Source of the DNA: Camelus dromedarius
Taxonomy: Eukaryota
NCBI RefSeq assembly: GCF_036321535.1
Contig: NC_087436.1
Coordinates: forward strand, 36,954,001-37,018,000
Direction: 5' to 3'
DNA: 64,000 nucleotides
Within the stretch, counting starts at the first letter, position 1; each line of letters starts with the position of its first letter. Position numbers and translations under genes: made by a program. Shown in pieces: positions 40,169-53,490 of the stretch. The notes under the pieces were generated by a model. The model was not told where the DNA came from and searched no databases. It saw only the letters and a program-made list of their open reading frames with translations.

Positions 40169-40620
40169 TGTACTGAACCAAACTTGGGCCCACTCGCCCG
40201 TACGCAAGGCCCATCTACTGACACCAGTGGTGAAGGGAAGTGCAGGGTTTACTGTAAAGGAGCCAATAGAAGGAGGACTAGTGGCTCATGCCCTAAAACC
40301 TCGAATTCTCCAAAGGGTTTCAGGAAAGCATTTTTAAAGGCCAGGTGACAGAGGGGCATCCCAGCGTATGCGATCAGCTGTGCACAAATCTCTGATTGGC
40401 TGATGGAGATCCTTTGGCTCCAGTGCATCTCGGGGCTATGTGCTCACAATCATCAAGTAGTTAATTTCTTCCATTTGGTGGTGGTTTTACCATTTGAAAA
40501 ACTCAGGAAATGTGCATCAGTTACAGTTACCTAGGCACATCAGTCAGAGAGGAGCTAAAGCAGAGGACGTGGGGGAGGGGTCTGTCCCAGGAAGGCCCTA
40601 TAGGGTCTTGATCAGTTCCA
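40169..40620 (-). mobile_element. ERV1-type solo LTR
   Basis: About 450 nt bounded by TG...CA, GC-richer than its flanks, minus-strand CCAAT (CTGATTGGCT) and TATA-like (TTTTTAAA); resembles laurasiatherian ERV1 LTRs. Confidence 0.6.
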
Positions 40621-42989
40621 GGAACCCAGGGGAACCCAGAGAAGGGAACTATTTGAAAACTGATCAAGTAGAAGAAGCAAATTTATTCTCTCTCCAAAGA
40701 ACAGAACTTGGACAAGTAGTTAGAAAGTACAGTGAAGCAGATTTTGGCTCAATACAAAGGAATTTTTTAACAGCTACAGTTGTCCAAAAATAGAATTAAC
40801 CAGCTGTCTGGAAAGAGTAGCAGGGTCTGAATCACAGATGTTTTCAGAGGCTGTGCCATGGTAATCCATCCGGGTGTGTCACAATGAGTGGTATGAAAAA
40901 ATGAAAAACACAAGATTTCCAAGGACCCTTCCCTCTCTAACATTCTACTCGCTGCTTCCGAGTTCTTTATGTTTGTCTAAATCAGTCTCATTACCTTATA
41001 TTCATACTTTATAGATTGCTGAAATTCATATTATAGAACCTACTGATGTCAGTTAAATTTGGCTTCTCTGTAGGCACAAGCGAGAAAATGAATGTAAGAG
41101 TGCCTGAGAATGTACTTAATAGTTGTTAGTTGAATTTGAATCAATAAAAAATAATTAAGTGAAAAGACAAGTTTTGTGGCCTTTCGGGAAGGAAGGGCAA
41201 ACCCAGATATCCAACCACCAAAATCTCATTCCTCCTCCCAGTCTTAATGGAGGGCTGAGAAATGAACTTGGATTTCTTTGCAAGAGGAAATGTTCGAGGT
41301 CACTACTACCAAGCTGTCCATACCTTGGACAGAAAATATCCATAGTCCACTCCACAAAGTTACAACATCTTCCTTAAAGAGTGACTTACATGCTCATACC
41401 AAGAAATATGGATAATTCCTGGAGGTTTGTGGAATGTGGAAGTTAATCTATAGACTTCTATTGTGTTAGCAATTTAACCAAGAGGGAAAGATGATTCGGT
41501 TATAGATCAGTTTAATTTGGGGTACTGGGTTTGATTAAAGAATCCGTTGGAAATTTAGGTGAAATAATATTTTAAATGATAATTACTGCATACAAGTTTC
41601 ATGATCCTTGACTGTAGTATCACCATTATTAAGATTGGCTAATCAAGAATTGCTTTATAAAAGAAGCATAAATTATAATAAAAAATAATAGTTATATTAA
41701 TTGAGCAGCTTCTATGTAATCTACCTGTATTGTCTTTTACAAGATTGATTCTAACATTTCCACTATACAGATTAAGTCACCAAGATTCCACAGCTTACAA
41801 GTAATGGAGTCATAACTCAAATCCAGGTAATCTGTCCTTGCAGCCTGCTTTCTTAACCTCTACATAGTACTAACTTGGGTTCACCAGACAAGCTGCCTGA
41901 AAGAATGGAAAGGCTAACTTTTCCCCCTTCTTTGAGCTGAACATCATTTTGGAATTCATACCAATTATCTTTCCAATGTGAACTGAGGGATGGACTATTA
42001 CCACGTAGTGTCATGTGTGGGGAAACTGATTTGTCCAATAGCAGGTGTCTTCTTGCCTTTTACAGGGACTCAAACTTGGTGCAGTGGTTGATAAAAATAT
42101 TTAAGCTGTAAATATTAAGGGAAACATTTTTGTGGGATACATGGAAAGCTTAAAACACATTAAATTTTGAAGGGAAAAAAATTAAGCCTGTAACCATAAT
42201 TTTTTCCCTGCAGGTTAAAGATGAAATGGAGATGAATATATTTTCCTGGTTTCCCTTCACTGAGGGAATTTAATCTGAGTAGCTTTGTTCAGGATGTTTC
42301 TAGGGAACTTGAACACTGTATGAATGTTTAAAATATTTTAGTTTCTTGTTATCATCCCTTCTGGCAGTAAATGCCAGTTTTCATAGACTTTCTAAGTGCA
42401 GTTTTGGATAACGTTACATAAATATTTTATTATACTTGAGAATGCGGGTAGCAATATCTTAATCTTCAAACTTTATTTTTATATATAATACTAACAAGAG
42501 CTAATCTTTTCTAAGCAGGAACTATGCTTTTACGTGCATTTAATTATTTAATCTGCAGAACTTATGAGTTGAATTTTGTTACCCCGCATTTTGTAGATGA
42601 GGAAATGGATGTTCAAAGAGTTTAAACACCTTAAGTTCACCCAGCAGGTAATTAAAAGCCTGCATTCAAATTCAAGATTTTTGTCTCCAAAACCATTCTG
42701 ACTCACTTTAATTTTTAAGAGGTTTTCTTATCTTTTGTAGAGATACGATTTCTAAATAATGCACTTCTGAATGGTACTAAATAAGACCCTTTTAAGCCCT
42801 GAGTTATTCTCAGTTTCTTTACAAGCTACAGTTTTTACAACTTTGTAAAAGTGAAAAACGTTTGTCTCTTTGTCATGACTGAAGGACTATTATCGGTACT
42901 GAAGATGGAATGAATGCCCCGGCCAGGGAGGCACATCAGTTTGCTAGGCAGCATTAAAAGCCTATTTATTAGAGCATTTTAATTGCTTT

Positions 42990-44560
42990 TATTTTGTTAT
43001 GTTTTAAATTTTAATTGTGAACTATTTCAAACACGGAGAGGTATCACAAAATAATCCTGTTAGACATCTATGCCACTACCATCTTAATTTAATGAATATT
43101 AACATTTTGCCATATTCTTTTTGGACTTTTTTATAAGAAAAATTTGATACAACTAAAATACCTCTACCCTATTACATTACCTTTCATCCCTCCCTAGTGA
43201 TCTTCCCTACTTTGAAGTTCATGTGTGTTTTTCCCATGCAAACTTTTATATATTTAATACTTACATAAGTATATTCATACCATTAGGTGCTAGTTTTATG
43301 TTTTGGGAATATGCATAAATAAATATTACATATTCTGCTTTTTTCACTTATCTTTATATTTTTGAGAATTATCTGTATTGATACACATATGTCTTGTTCT
43401 TCATTCTAACTGTTGTATAATATCCCATTGTATGAATAAATGATTTTTGTTCATTCATTCGTCTGTTGATGAATATTTAGCTTATTTTCCATTTTTGACA
43501 ATTATAAATAATGCTGTAATGAACTCTTAGTAAATGTCTCCTTTTGCACATTTGTAAGAGCTTTTCTGGGTTGTATACCTGGGAGTGGTTCTATCAATTT
43601 CTGTTTCCGATAACAGGGTACAAGAGTTTCCCAGTGTTCCCACAAGCACTTGATATTATCAGATTTTTTTAAAAGAACACTATGAACTCATCTACAAAAC
43701 AGAAACAGATCCTCAGACTTAGTAAACAATCTTAAGGTTATGGGGTAAAGGGAGTGGGAGGGGATAAATTTGGGAGTTTGAGATTTACGAATGTTAACCA
43801 CTATATATAAAAATAGATTTTAAAAAATAAATAAAATTTAGCCAACTACAAAACAATTTCCCTCTATGCTTTTAAAAATGTCAGCATCTTATAAGACAAG
43901 GAAAGGCCAAGGAGCTGTTCCAGATTAAAGGAGACTAATGATACAGGATATGTAAAAGCAACATGTGATCCTTGACTGGGGAAATGAGACAGAACATGGA
44001 CTATGTATTAAACGATTTACCTCATGTTAATTTTTATAAAGTTTGATCATTGTAGCATGGTTATATAAGAGAATATATAGAAGATACGGAAGTATTTAGG
44101 GATAAACGGACATGATGTCTGAAAATTATTCTCAAATGCTTTAGCCATAAATAATGATAGACACAGAGAGTAAGAGAAGGCAAATGTGGCAAGTTTCTAA
44201 CACTGGTGAATCTAGGTGAAAGGTCTATTTGAAGTCACCTTATTTTACTTCCAGATCCTCTATGGGTCTGAATTGTTTTCAAGAGAAAAAAAATGTTTGC
44301 CAAACTTATATATGTGAATTGGTATTTGTTTTTTTAATTTATACTTCTCTGACTACCAGTGAGATTGAACATCTTCTCATCCATTTGTTGGCCATTCAGT
44401 TTTCCATTCTTGTGAATTTAAATTCTTTTTCCTAATTCTGCTTGGCTGTTTGTCTTTACCCTATTGACCTGTCAAAATTCTATCATGTTCTGAATGCTGA
44501 TTCTTTGTCAGTGTGTTTTGCAAGCAATTTCTCTCACTCTTTGGTTTGTCTTTTAACTTC
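42990..44560. mobile_element. Nested L1 cluster: old antisense L1 interrupted by sense L1 3' fragments (about 43675-43835 and 43850-44290)
   Basis: Antisense motifs TATCCCATTGTATGAAT, GTATACCTGGGAGTGG resume at about 44295; sense L1 tail ATGAACTCATCTACAAAACAGAAACAGA...GGGATAAATTTGGGAG. Confidence 0.7.
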
Positions 44561-46599
44561 ATGTAATGAGTTCAGTAAGGAGTCCCAGCCTGTGAACGTA
44601 TAAAAGTGACTTCATTTTCAGTGATTTCCCACTAACTTGTCTTATTTTGAACTCTTCTTTTCTGCTGAATGGAGGATCCCTTTACAACATCTTGTCAAGA
44701 CCTTATAACTTTCCAATGACTTTCGGTTGTTAGAAAGTCTCTTTTTTTTCATTAAAGAGACAGTTGTATTTATTTTGAAACTTAAATTACCAAATCAAAT
44801 CTAGCGCCCTCCTCCTCACCCATCAGAGAGCTACACCTTTGTGTGACTGGTGGCTGAAGGCTGTGGTCTGCTTTGTTCCCACCTCCCCTGCTGACTCTTC
44901 TAGGTGCTGGTCCTCTGCCACGCAGAGAGGGAGGAGGAAGGAGCCAAAGGCAGACGTCTTTTCCCTTCATTTAACTGTAGGGTGCAGTTCCCTCCATGTT
45001 GTTTGTCACCACTGCTCTAACACTGACCAAAGTTTGTTGTTCTGCCTGTGGCAGGGCACTGAAGTGCTGACTGTCTAATAGAGCAGGGGCAAGTTCAGAG
45101 GATTTTAACAGGCAAGGTGGGCTGCTTCCCCTTTGCTCAGCTCCCTGACGCAGAGATTTGGCCCTGACTTGCGATGTGGGTCTAATTGTCTGAGCCTCGT
45201 TTACTGAATAGAGTATCGTTTCCCTCTGATGTGTATTTCACACAACTATATAGTGGAAATGTATATCTGTCAAGTATTGAGATTAAAGGTTGATCCAATG
45301 GCTGTTCCTCTTTTATCTCAGTTCTTTTTCCTTCCTGACTAAATTACCAGGAGCAAGCCAGCAAGTCTGCTGGAATAGACATTTAATTTTGCTGGATGCC
45401 AGGCCCTGTTTCATATAGGTAACCCTAATCATTATGAGTGATTACCTTAGAGTTCATTCTTTCCTTAGCTTCTGGGGAGGGGTTGGGGCAGTGCACCCCT
45501 CCCTTCCATGCAGGTAAGACAGAGAATAGCCTCTCTCCCCCAAAAGCCCATGATCCCTCCCATGTCTCATTCCTTTTCCTTGTGGGGAGTGAGGAGGAAG
45601 TTGGTGGTAAGTTCAGTACTGGTCTAGTGATTCTCAATAAACCCTGAAGGGAGGGAGATGGCTGGCTCCAACAGCAAGTGACAACGTGGTCTTAGACCAT
45701 GGGGTACTTGGCATCCTTTATCATCAGTTTTGGGTTTATCAACAATTCCAGGACAACAGGAAAAATCCCATCTGACATATGGTTACATTTCATTGGTATC
45801 CTTCCTTGTATGAAAGTTTTAAATTGTCATAATAGGGTCAGATTTATCAACCTTTTCCTTATGGCTTAGCCTTTCTGTTAGCTTTCTGAAGAAACATTTC
45901 CCTATTCCTTTCAAAGTTTTTGCTTTGCACATTTAGATCTTTCATCCATTTGGGTCTTCTTTCTGTGTGTGGTGTGAGGAAGATCTAATTTTAACTTTCT
46001 CATAAGGATAGCCCATCATCTCAGCACCATTTGTTGAATAGTCTTTTCTTTCCTACTGATATGTATTACTGCTTTTCAAGCTGCTTTTAATGAATAAACA
46101 TTTCTTTGTTTTTCCTTTCTATAGGAATCTGCCTGCACTGTCCCCTAAACTTAATTATATCCCTGATATGTTTACCCATCATAGTGAATTGTTCCAATGA
46201 ACTTTGTGTTCACTGTTGAATCCCCAGTGCCTAGTACCTGACACAGAATTGATCTTCACTAAATATTTGGTGAATGAATGAATGAGTCCTGGCCGAGATC
46301 CACCCAGCTGTGAGTCTGTCCTGGAGTCCAGTTTCCACACAACTCAGCAGATGTTATACATATTTTATTAAGACCGATAAAATGGGCTTTTCCTTTTCCA
46401 TAGCATGGCTCCCTCTTGATCTGTCATTATTCTCTGAGACAGACATTTCAAATCATCCTAGACTTCTCCCTTTTACTTGACCTTGGCATCTAATGGATCA
46501 CTTCAGTTTATAATTTCTACTTTCTTAAAACTGAGATATATTTTTCACTCTCACGATACCTGCATTTTAGTTCAGATCTTTTTTCCTTTCCGTTGTTAT

Positions 46600-48480
46600 C
46601 TGTTTACTGTGCTATTTGACATATTCATAAGAATATGTGTAACACATAATTAATTATGAAGGATAATTACATGCATACCTAGGAAACCACCACCTCCCCA
46701 AGAGTGATAGCGTTATCTGTCCATTGCTTCTCCATGGGTCTCCTTCCTAGACCGCACCCTTACCTCCACCGAAGGGGTAATAACTATCCTAAAGTTTGGG
46801 TTTCTCATCTTCTTGCTTTGGTTTTCTTTTCAAATATAGGTTTGTTTGTTTGTTTGTTTTTTAACATTTTTAATAGTCCTAAAAGTACATCATGTAGATT
46901 TCCTCATTGTTGAGTAACTTTATAAGAATATTTTCATACTTCGTGAAGTCTGCGAGTTGAATTTTTCATTCAACAGTAATACTTCTAAGATTCATCCATA
47001 CTGTTGTGTGGCTGTGGTTCACTAATTTCAGTAATTAATTTCATTAGTGAACACAATGACAGTACGTTCTATAACATACTATGATTTATTTGTCTCTTCT
47101 CCTCTTGGTACTTGTTTGGATCATTTCCAGGTTTTTTGCTGTTTCAGACGAGATTGCTGTAAACATTGTTTATGTTTCTTGGTCCACATGTGCAAAGATT
47201 CTCTAGGCCCTGTACCAAGGAGTGAAATTTCTGAGTGAAAGCATACTCAAGTGTTTAACCTTAAAAGATAATGCCAGATCGGTAGGGGATTAAGAGGTAC
47301 AAACTATGATGTATAAAATAAGCTACAAGGATATATTGTACAGCACAGGGAAATATAGCCATTGTTTTATAATAACTTTAAATGGAGTGTACTCTATAAA
47401 AATACTGAATCACTGTGTTGTATACCTGAAACTAATATAATATTGTAAATCAACAGTACTACAATTGAAAAAAAAAAGATAATGCCAAATTGTTTTCCAA
47501 AGTGATCTACGTATATTCAGGCCAGTAAAGTACAAAAGTCCCAGTGATCCATGTCCTTTCCAGCACTTGGGATTATAAGATTTATTAATTTTTTCCCTTT
47601 TTAGATGTAAAATTGTGTCACTCCCCCCCCCCCAGTTTTACTGAGATATAATTGACACACAGCACTGTATAAGTTTAAGGTGTACAGCATAATGATTTGA
47701 CTTACATATATCATGCAATTATTATCCTAATGAATTCAGCGAACACCCACCATCTCATATAGATGCAAAATTAAAGATATAGAAAAATTTTTTCTTGTAA
47801 TGAGAACTCTTAGGATTTACTCTCTCAGTGGCTCATATATAACGCACAACAGTGTTAATTGCATGTATCATGTTGTACGTTACATCTCTAGTACTTATTT
47901 ATCTTATAACTGGAAGTTTTTACCTTTGACTGCCTTCTCCCAATGCCCCCTCCCCACAAGCCCCTGTATCTCCTTTTCATTGTAATTTATATTTCCCCAA
48001 GAAAAGAGATTGAGATTGCTTTATATGCTCATTGACCATTCACAGTTCCATTTCTGTGAAGTGCCTGTTTGTCTTTTGCCCATTTTTCTATTGGATAATT
48101 TGCATTTTTCTTATTAAAAAGTTCTTCACATATCTTGGATCCAAATTTTTTACCAGCTATAAGTATTATCGGTATTTTCTCCCAGTTTGTGGCTCGCTTT
48201 GCTCCCTCTCTTTATGGTATCTTTATAAACAAAAGCTTTAAGGAAGTTTTAATTGTAAGGAGGTTGAGTTTATCAATCTTTTCTATTGTGATTAGAATTG
48301 TTTATCTTGTTTAAAAAACATCTAGCTCAACACTGAATTTATAAATGTATTCTCCTGTACTTTCCTTTAAAGGATTTAAAAGCCTTATCTTTCACATTTA
48401 AGATGCATGTGGAATTCATTTTTGTGTGCATGGTATGAAGTAGGGCTCCAATTTAATTTTCTTCATACGGATAAACAATT
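46600..48480 (-). mobile_element. Old antisense L1 with two nested younger L1 3' ends (47277-47473 +, about 47630-47960 -)
   Basis: Perfect TSD AAAAGATAATGCCA at 47263-47276 and 47474-47487; TTTTACTGAGATATAATTGAC is an antisense L1MA 3' end. Confidence 0.75.
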
Positions 48481-49189
48481 ATCTTGTAAAAGCATTTATT
48501 TAGATTGAAATATATTCACAATATATATTGCTATGAGAGGAAAACATAATATAACAGAATATATGGTATTTCTGAAAACAAAATGTAGTAAATGTAGTAA
48601 TTAATATACATACAACATTTTAAAAAATATTGGAAGGACATACACTAAAATAACAACAAAGATTATCTTTGGGCAGTGGGATAACTGATGATTTTTGTTT
48701 ATTTTTTTCTCTCTGTATTTTCCAGGTTCTCTCTATTGAGCATATATTTATATAGTTTTTAAAACAGTGAGAAATAAGGTAGTGTCTATAGATGATAATA
48801 TATTGTCAGCACCTTGAAGAGAAGTCAGTAGTTGAAAGAGAAACCATAAATTGAAGCCTTTCAACTGAACTTTTTTTTTTTAATAACTTCTTGCATTCCC
48901 AGAGTAGGGTGTGGGTGGGTGACGGTGAGGGTGTGGGGGTGAGGGTGTGGGGGTGAGGGTGAGGGTGAAGGGTGGGCAAGAGGGATGTTTGTGGATTATT
49001 CAGTGAGACTCAGTACAAGATGAAAAGGGATTAAATTCTGAAAGCTGAGTGTGTTTTCTGTAGATAGTTACATACAATTTCTCTGCCCTGAATTGTTTGC
49101 TTTACAGGTATGTAAGGTTCTTTGGAGAATAGGATCCAGATTACTTATGTATACCATTGGTGACATAATTTTTTTTTTTGGCCCAACAG

Positions 49190-49265
49190 CAGATAATGAA
49201 AAGACTTATAAAGAGATATGTTTTGAAAGCACAAGTAGACAAAGAAAATGATGAAGTTAATGAAG
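49190..49265 (+). CDS. TRPC3: TRPC3 exon 11 (CIRB / rib helix)
   Basis: caacag|CAGATAATG encodes [25 protein letters not shown](G); donor gtaagc; 76 nt. Confidence 0.96.
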
Positions 49266-51685
49266 GTAAGCATCTTCACCTTGAGAAACATCCTTTTACA
49301 ACTAATTTAATGAACTTGGAAAACTTCATATAGAAGGATACTTTAAAAATCCAATCTCAGGTAACAGTTCGGACTCCTCCAAGATTGACAGGAGAACCTT
49401 AACGTTACATTTCTAAAAGCCTGTCTTTTTAAAGAAACAATTATTTAAAGTGTCAATCAGAGACAATTTATCCCTACAGAATGCCCAAACTGATTCTTAG
49501 AATGTAAACACTGCCATCTTTCTGGGAGCTTTTAATCCCTATTACATAAGGTAGTCCATCATTTCAGTTGTGTTTCAGTGAGTTCACGTGAGTGTTCACA
49601 TTTTTCCAATGATGCAGGTGAAATAATGGTTGGTGCAAACAGAATCCACATTTTTTCCAGGAAAATCTTAACTTTGTTGTCCAGAAAGAAATCTCTAACC
49701 CACTTTTCCCATCCAGCGTTTCTCTTTTGCCTTTCACTCTTCTTCTCGTGCCTATTTTTCCAGGCATATCCTAGGCAAGGCATCTGTCTGGACTATAAAA
49801 TTTTTTTATCAAAGGCTGGGGTGCAAGCCAAAGCACAGGTCCAGAGATGGAAAGAAATCAACCTGGGAGAAATAAGTTGCCCTAAAAACAGAAAGGGCAA
49901 TTTTCGACACCAATGAGATGCCATTAGATCTACCTGCACTGATAAGAAAGGGCTAGCCTAAATAAAATTTTTGATGAGCTTTGATTAATGCAAGGAATCC
50001 CTTGCAAGTCTGAGTCAGTACAATGGTATGTGGATATAGAAAAGAAATCTAAGAATGTGTGATTGGGAACCAGCAAATATCCAATCACGGTGACCTAGAA
50101 ACAGCCTCAGGGAGACAGGATTGGAATTAGGTTTTAGTTTAGAAAGCAGAAACCTAGTCAGTTGTCCCTGAAAACAAACAAAAAAAGTAAGTGATGGGGG
50201 GAATTGAGCCACCATAACATCGTCAAAAACAAGGTGCCATCTTCCAAGCCCTTTTACCCAAAAAAGGAAAATGAATTAACGAGAATTTGGAGTTTTGAGC
50301 AAAGTTCTAACTAAGAAAGTATATCATTTAACTCAACCTCCTCGTTTAATAAATGAAGAAACTAAATGCTGAAGAGGTCGAGTAACTTGTGTTTCCTGTA
50401 TTGGCAGACTAAATTCGACACTTAGTGTCTAGGCACCCCAGAACTCAAAAACAAGGAAGAAGGATATGGCAGTAAGGAGGTGAAAGGGGGCGCACTGGGC
50501 TTATGGTCCAAATAGGACACTAATTGGTATGAGAATCCATTTCTTCCACCAGACTGGCCTCGTGATTTCAAATTTGATCAGTTTATTTTGTCTATAGTGC
50601 CATTTGCAAAGGAATAAGCACTTTTTTTTTTCCACTGCAAAAGGAATCAACAAATGTTTTGTCTGTATTCTTAAAGGAGAGTTAAAATTCCTTAAAATAA
50701 AAAGGTTCTGACTTTTATATAATAAAAGAACATAGAGATTACACTTTAAAGCATCATAAAGATACCAGGAAATACCAATAAAAGATACATTTCTCATGTG
50801 ATTCTATTGTAAAAAACTGTTAAAGTGCCAGTGAGTTGAAGAATCATTTCTTAGATTCAAGATAAATTCCTGTCCCAAAGTTTACCTTCCAAGGCCGGTG
50901 GCTTATCTACAATTATTTGCAAGAGAATCCAGTTTTTGATTGCAGTCTACATATGCTCAAAATACTGCCAAGATGAATTATGGGAATAGTTGTGTTTTAA
51001 TAGCCAGAAGTCTCCTGTGGAGACTCCTATGTATGTACACGTTGCCAGTGGCATCACATCTAAACTTAATCTCACCATTGCTTGTTATCTCCTTAAATAT
51101 CCGTCCCCTCGGCCACACAAACTAATCTGTTTGTTCCTTGACTCCCTGTTCATTACTGTTACCCTCCCTAAGAAACACCCCTAAACTTTTTCCTTCCTTT
51201 TCCTTACTTCAAACTTGACCTAAAATTTACTTCCTCCATGTATTTTCCTGTTAAATAGATTGACTCATTTTTGGTAACGTTTTGTTTTGCTGGGGTTCCT
51301 TTCCATCCTAGCAGTGGGCAATGATCTATGCAGGTGTCAGCCCTTATGACTGAGGGACTGGAGGAACTCCCTGAAGACAGAAGGGAGATACTCTGCTTAT
51401 AGAAATCACTCCATGTTAAAAATTGGCTGAGCCACAGGTCAATACTTGAGCTTAGTTTTACTTTTAAAACATAGATGGACTATTTTTATAGCTTTTCCCA
51501 AAGGTCAGTACGTTTTTAATGGCAGACACTTCTTAAACATTTTAAAGGAAAAAATCTGAAATAACTAAATTAGAGATGTTATGAGACCAATGTATTCATA
51601 GTGTATGAATTTCAGTCTTTATTTTTTTTCTAAATCCAAAGAGCAAATTACCAATTAAATATTTTCTTTCATACAAATACTCTAG

Positions 51686-51828
51686 GTGAATTGAAAGAAA
51701 TCAAGCAAGATATCTCCAGCCTTCGTTATGAACTTTTGGAGGACAAAAGCCAAGCAACTGAGGAATTAGCCATTCTAATTCATAAACTCAGTGAGAAACT
51801 AAATCCCAGCATGCTGAGATGTGAATGA
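51686..51828 (+). CDS. TRPC3: TRPC3 exon 12, final coding part (coiled coil, stop TGA 51826-51828)
   Basis: ctctag|GTGAATTG encodes [46 protein letters not shown]; exon lengths sum to 848 aa. Confidence 0.97.
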
Positions 51829-53490
51829 TTCAGTAACCTGGAATTATGGCTTTGACTATAGCACAAATGTGGGCAATAATATTTCTAAGTATGAAATACT
51901 TGAAAAACTATGGTGTAAATTTTGGTATTAACTACCTTTATCATGTGAATCTTTAAAAGTTAGGTCTTAATGATTTTACTGTTTTATCACATGCAAATGG
52001 TCTTCATTTTAATTGTCTGCCTTGACATGACAAACAACGACATGCCATTGTATTTAAAGGCCCAATATTACCACATTACTGACATTTTTGTCCATTTCAG
52101 AATAAACTCTATGTCTTTGCACTACCTGTTTGCCTCCAAGAGACTGTAAGCTCCTTGGGGACAGGGACCATGTCTTGTTCATCTTTGTGTCTCCAGCATC
52201 TAGTACAGTGCCTGGTACATAGTAGGTGCTCAATAAATGTTGAAACCAACTCAACCGAACTGCCAACAAAATACAAATAAAAATTAAAAGGCGATCACTA
52301 TTGAGCATACCTTCCCTTGTCCAAGTGCTGAAGAGATTTTTTTCAATAGAAACTGAAGAGATTTTACAAGCAGCTATGACTTGGTCAGATTTTCTTAGAA
52401 TTTTTGGCATGACTGAATGAAGAATTTCACAGTGAAATGGGTTAATAGAAAATCTAATTACATTAACCAATTTAAGTTTCATAGAATTGTTCAAAACAAC
52501 ACATTACAGATTTTTCTAAACTATATACTGTTTACTTTCTGTTTTAGATTTTCATCTGTTGTTTTTCAGTAATATGAATTTAGTCAGAAGGGTGGTGAAT
52601 TTTTAAAGTCGGGGGTTATGCAGGGTTGTTAGTTTGGTATAACCTCCTAATTTCTGCCTCTGATGCTTTAACGCTAAATAAATTATCAAAAACTGTCTTC
52701 GTATCTTGCCTGTTAGCTCTACTCTGACTTTTGGAGGGTATGCTATGGGAAAAAATGGGAAAGAGGGTGTGTACCTGGAAAGGCACATATCCAATCATCA
52801 ACAAGTGTGTTTCATTTCCCTTTGAGGCATCTCTTGCCATCATTGCTTACAATGATTGACATCCTTTTTTTTTTTATCAAGGCATTTCAGTTACACTTGC
52901 TACACAAAATAGACTGTGATGTATCTGTATCTGACTTACTGTATAACTGAACTGAACACTGGAAATATCCACAACGTCTCATGACTGTACTAGGAAAGGG
53001 GATACAGGCCGGTAAGTTCTCTCATCTCTGCACAGACCAGAAAATACTCAAAGAATTTTTTTAACCAGTTAAGTTTAAATCTGTCATAGAGTTATGCTTA
53101 ATGTCCTGATTATCTTAAGTCTATTCCTATCAAGTCTCACCAGAATACAAATTGTGATCATAGCTCAAAGAGTTTTATAGGTTCTGAAGGCCAATTAAAT
53201 ACATGATACTAAAAAAATCATTACTATCATGAAGGAAGGGTTTCTAGACATGAAAACAAAAATGAACATTAATGGAACTACATAAAACTCTTTAAATATT
53301 GTTTCTTAATGTCTACTTTTTGGGACTTAAGAAAAGAACTTTATACATTTTTGCTACCATTGTAGAATATTTCATTAACTTTTGTACTATGCTAATAGCA
53401 TTTTGTCTTAAACATTTTTCAAGCTTTATGTAATTTATGTTATGCCTCAGAACGGAATAAAATACTGAATTTTTCATTGTTATATGTTAT
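51829..53490 (+). other. TRPC3: TRPC3 3' UTR with candidate poly(A) signals
   Basis: AATAAA at 52101, 52232, 52276 and 53456 (the last followed by a T/GT-rich tract). Which are used cannot be read from sequence, so the end is approximate. Confidence 0.55.
52120..52245 (+). mobile_element. L2 3' end in the TRPC3 3' UTR
   Basis: AGACTGTAAGCTCCTTGGGGACAGGGACCATGTCTTGTTCATCTTTGTGTCTCCAGCATCTAGTACAGTGCCTGGTACATAGTAGGTGCTCAATAAATGTTGA is the classic L2 terminus. Confidence 0.9.

Noticed and set aside
52054..52494. 146-aa minus-strand ORF (HLLSTYYVPGTVL...)
   Set aside because: Typical antisense translation of the L2 3' end.
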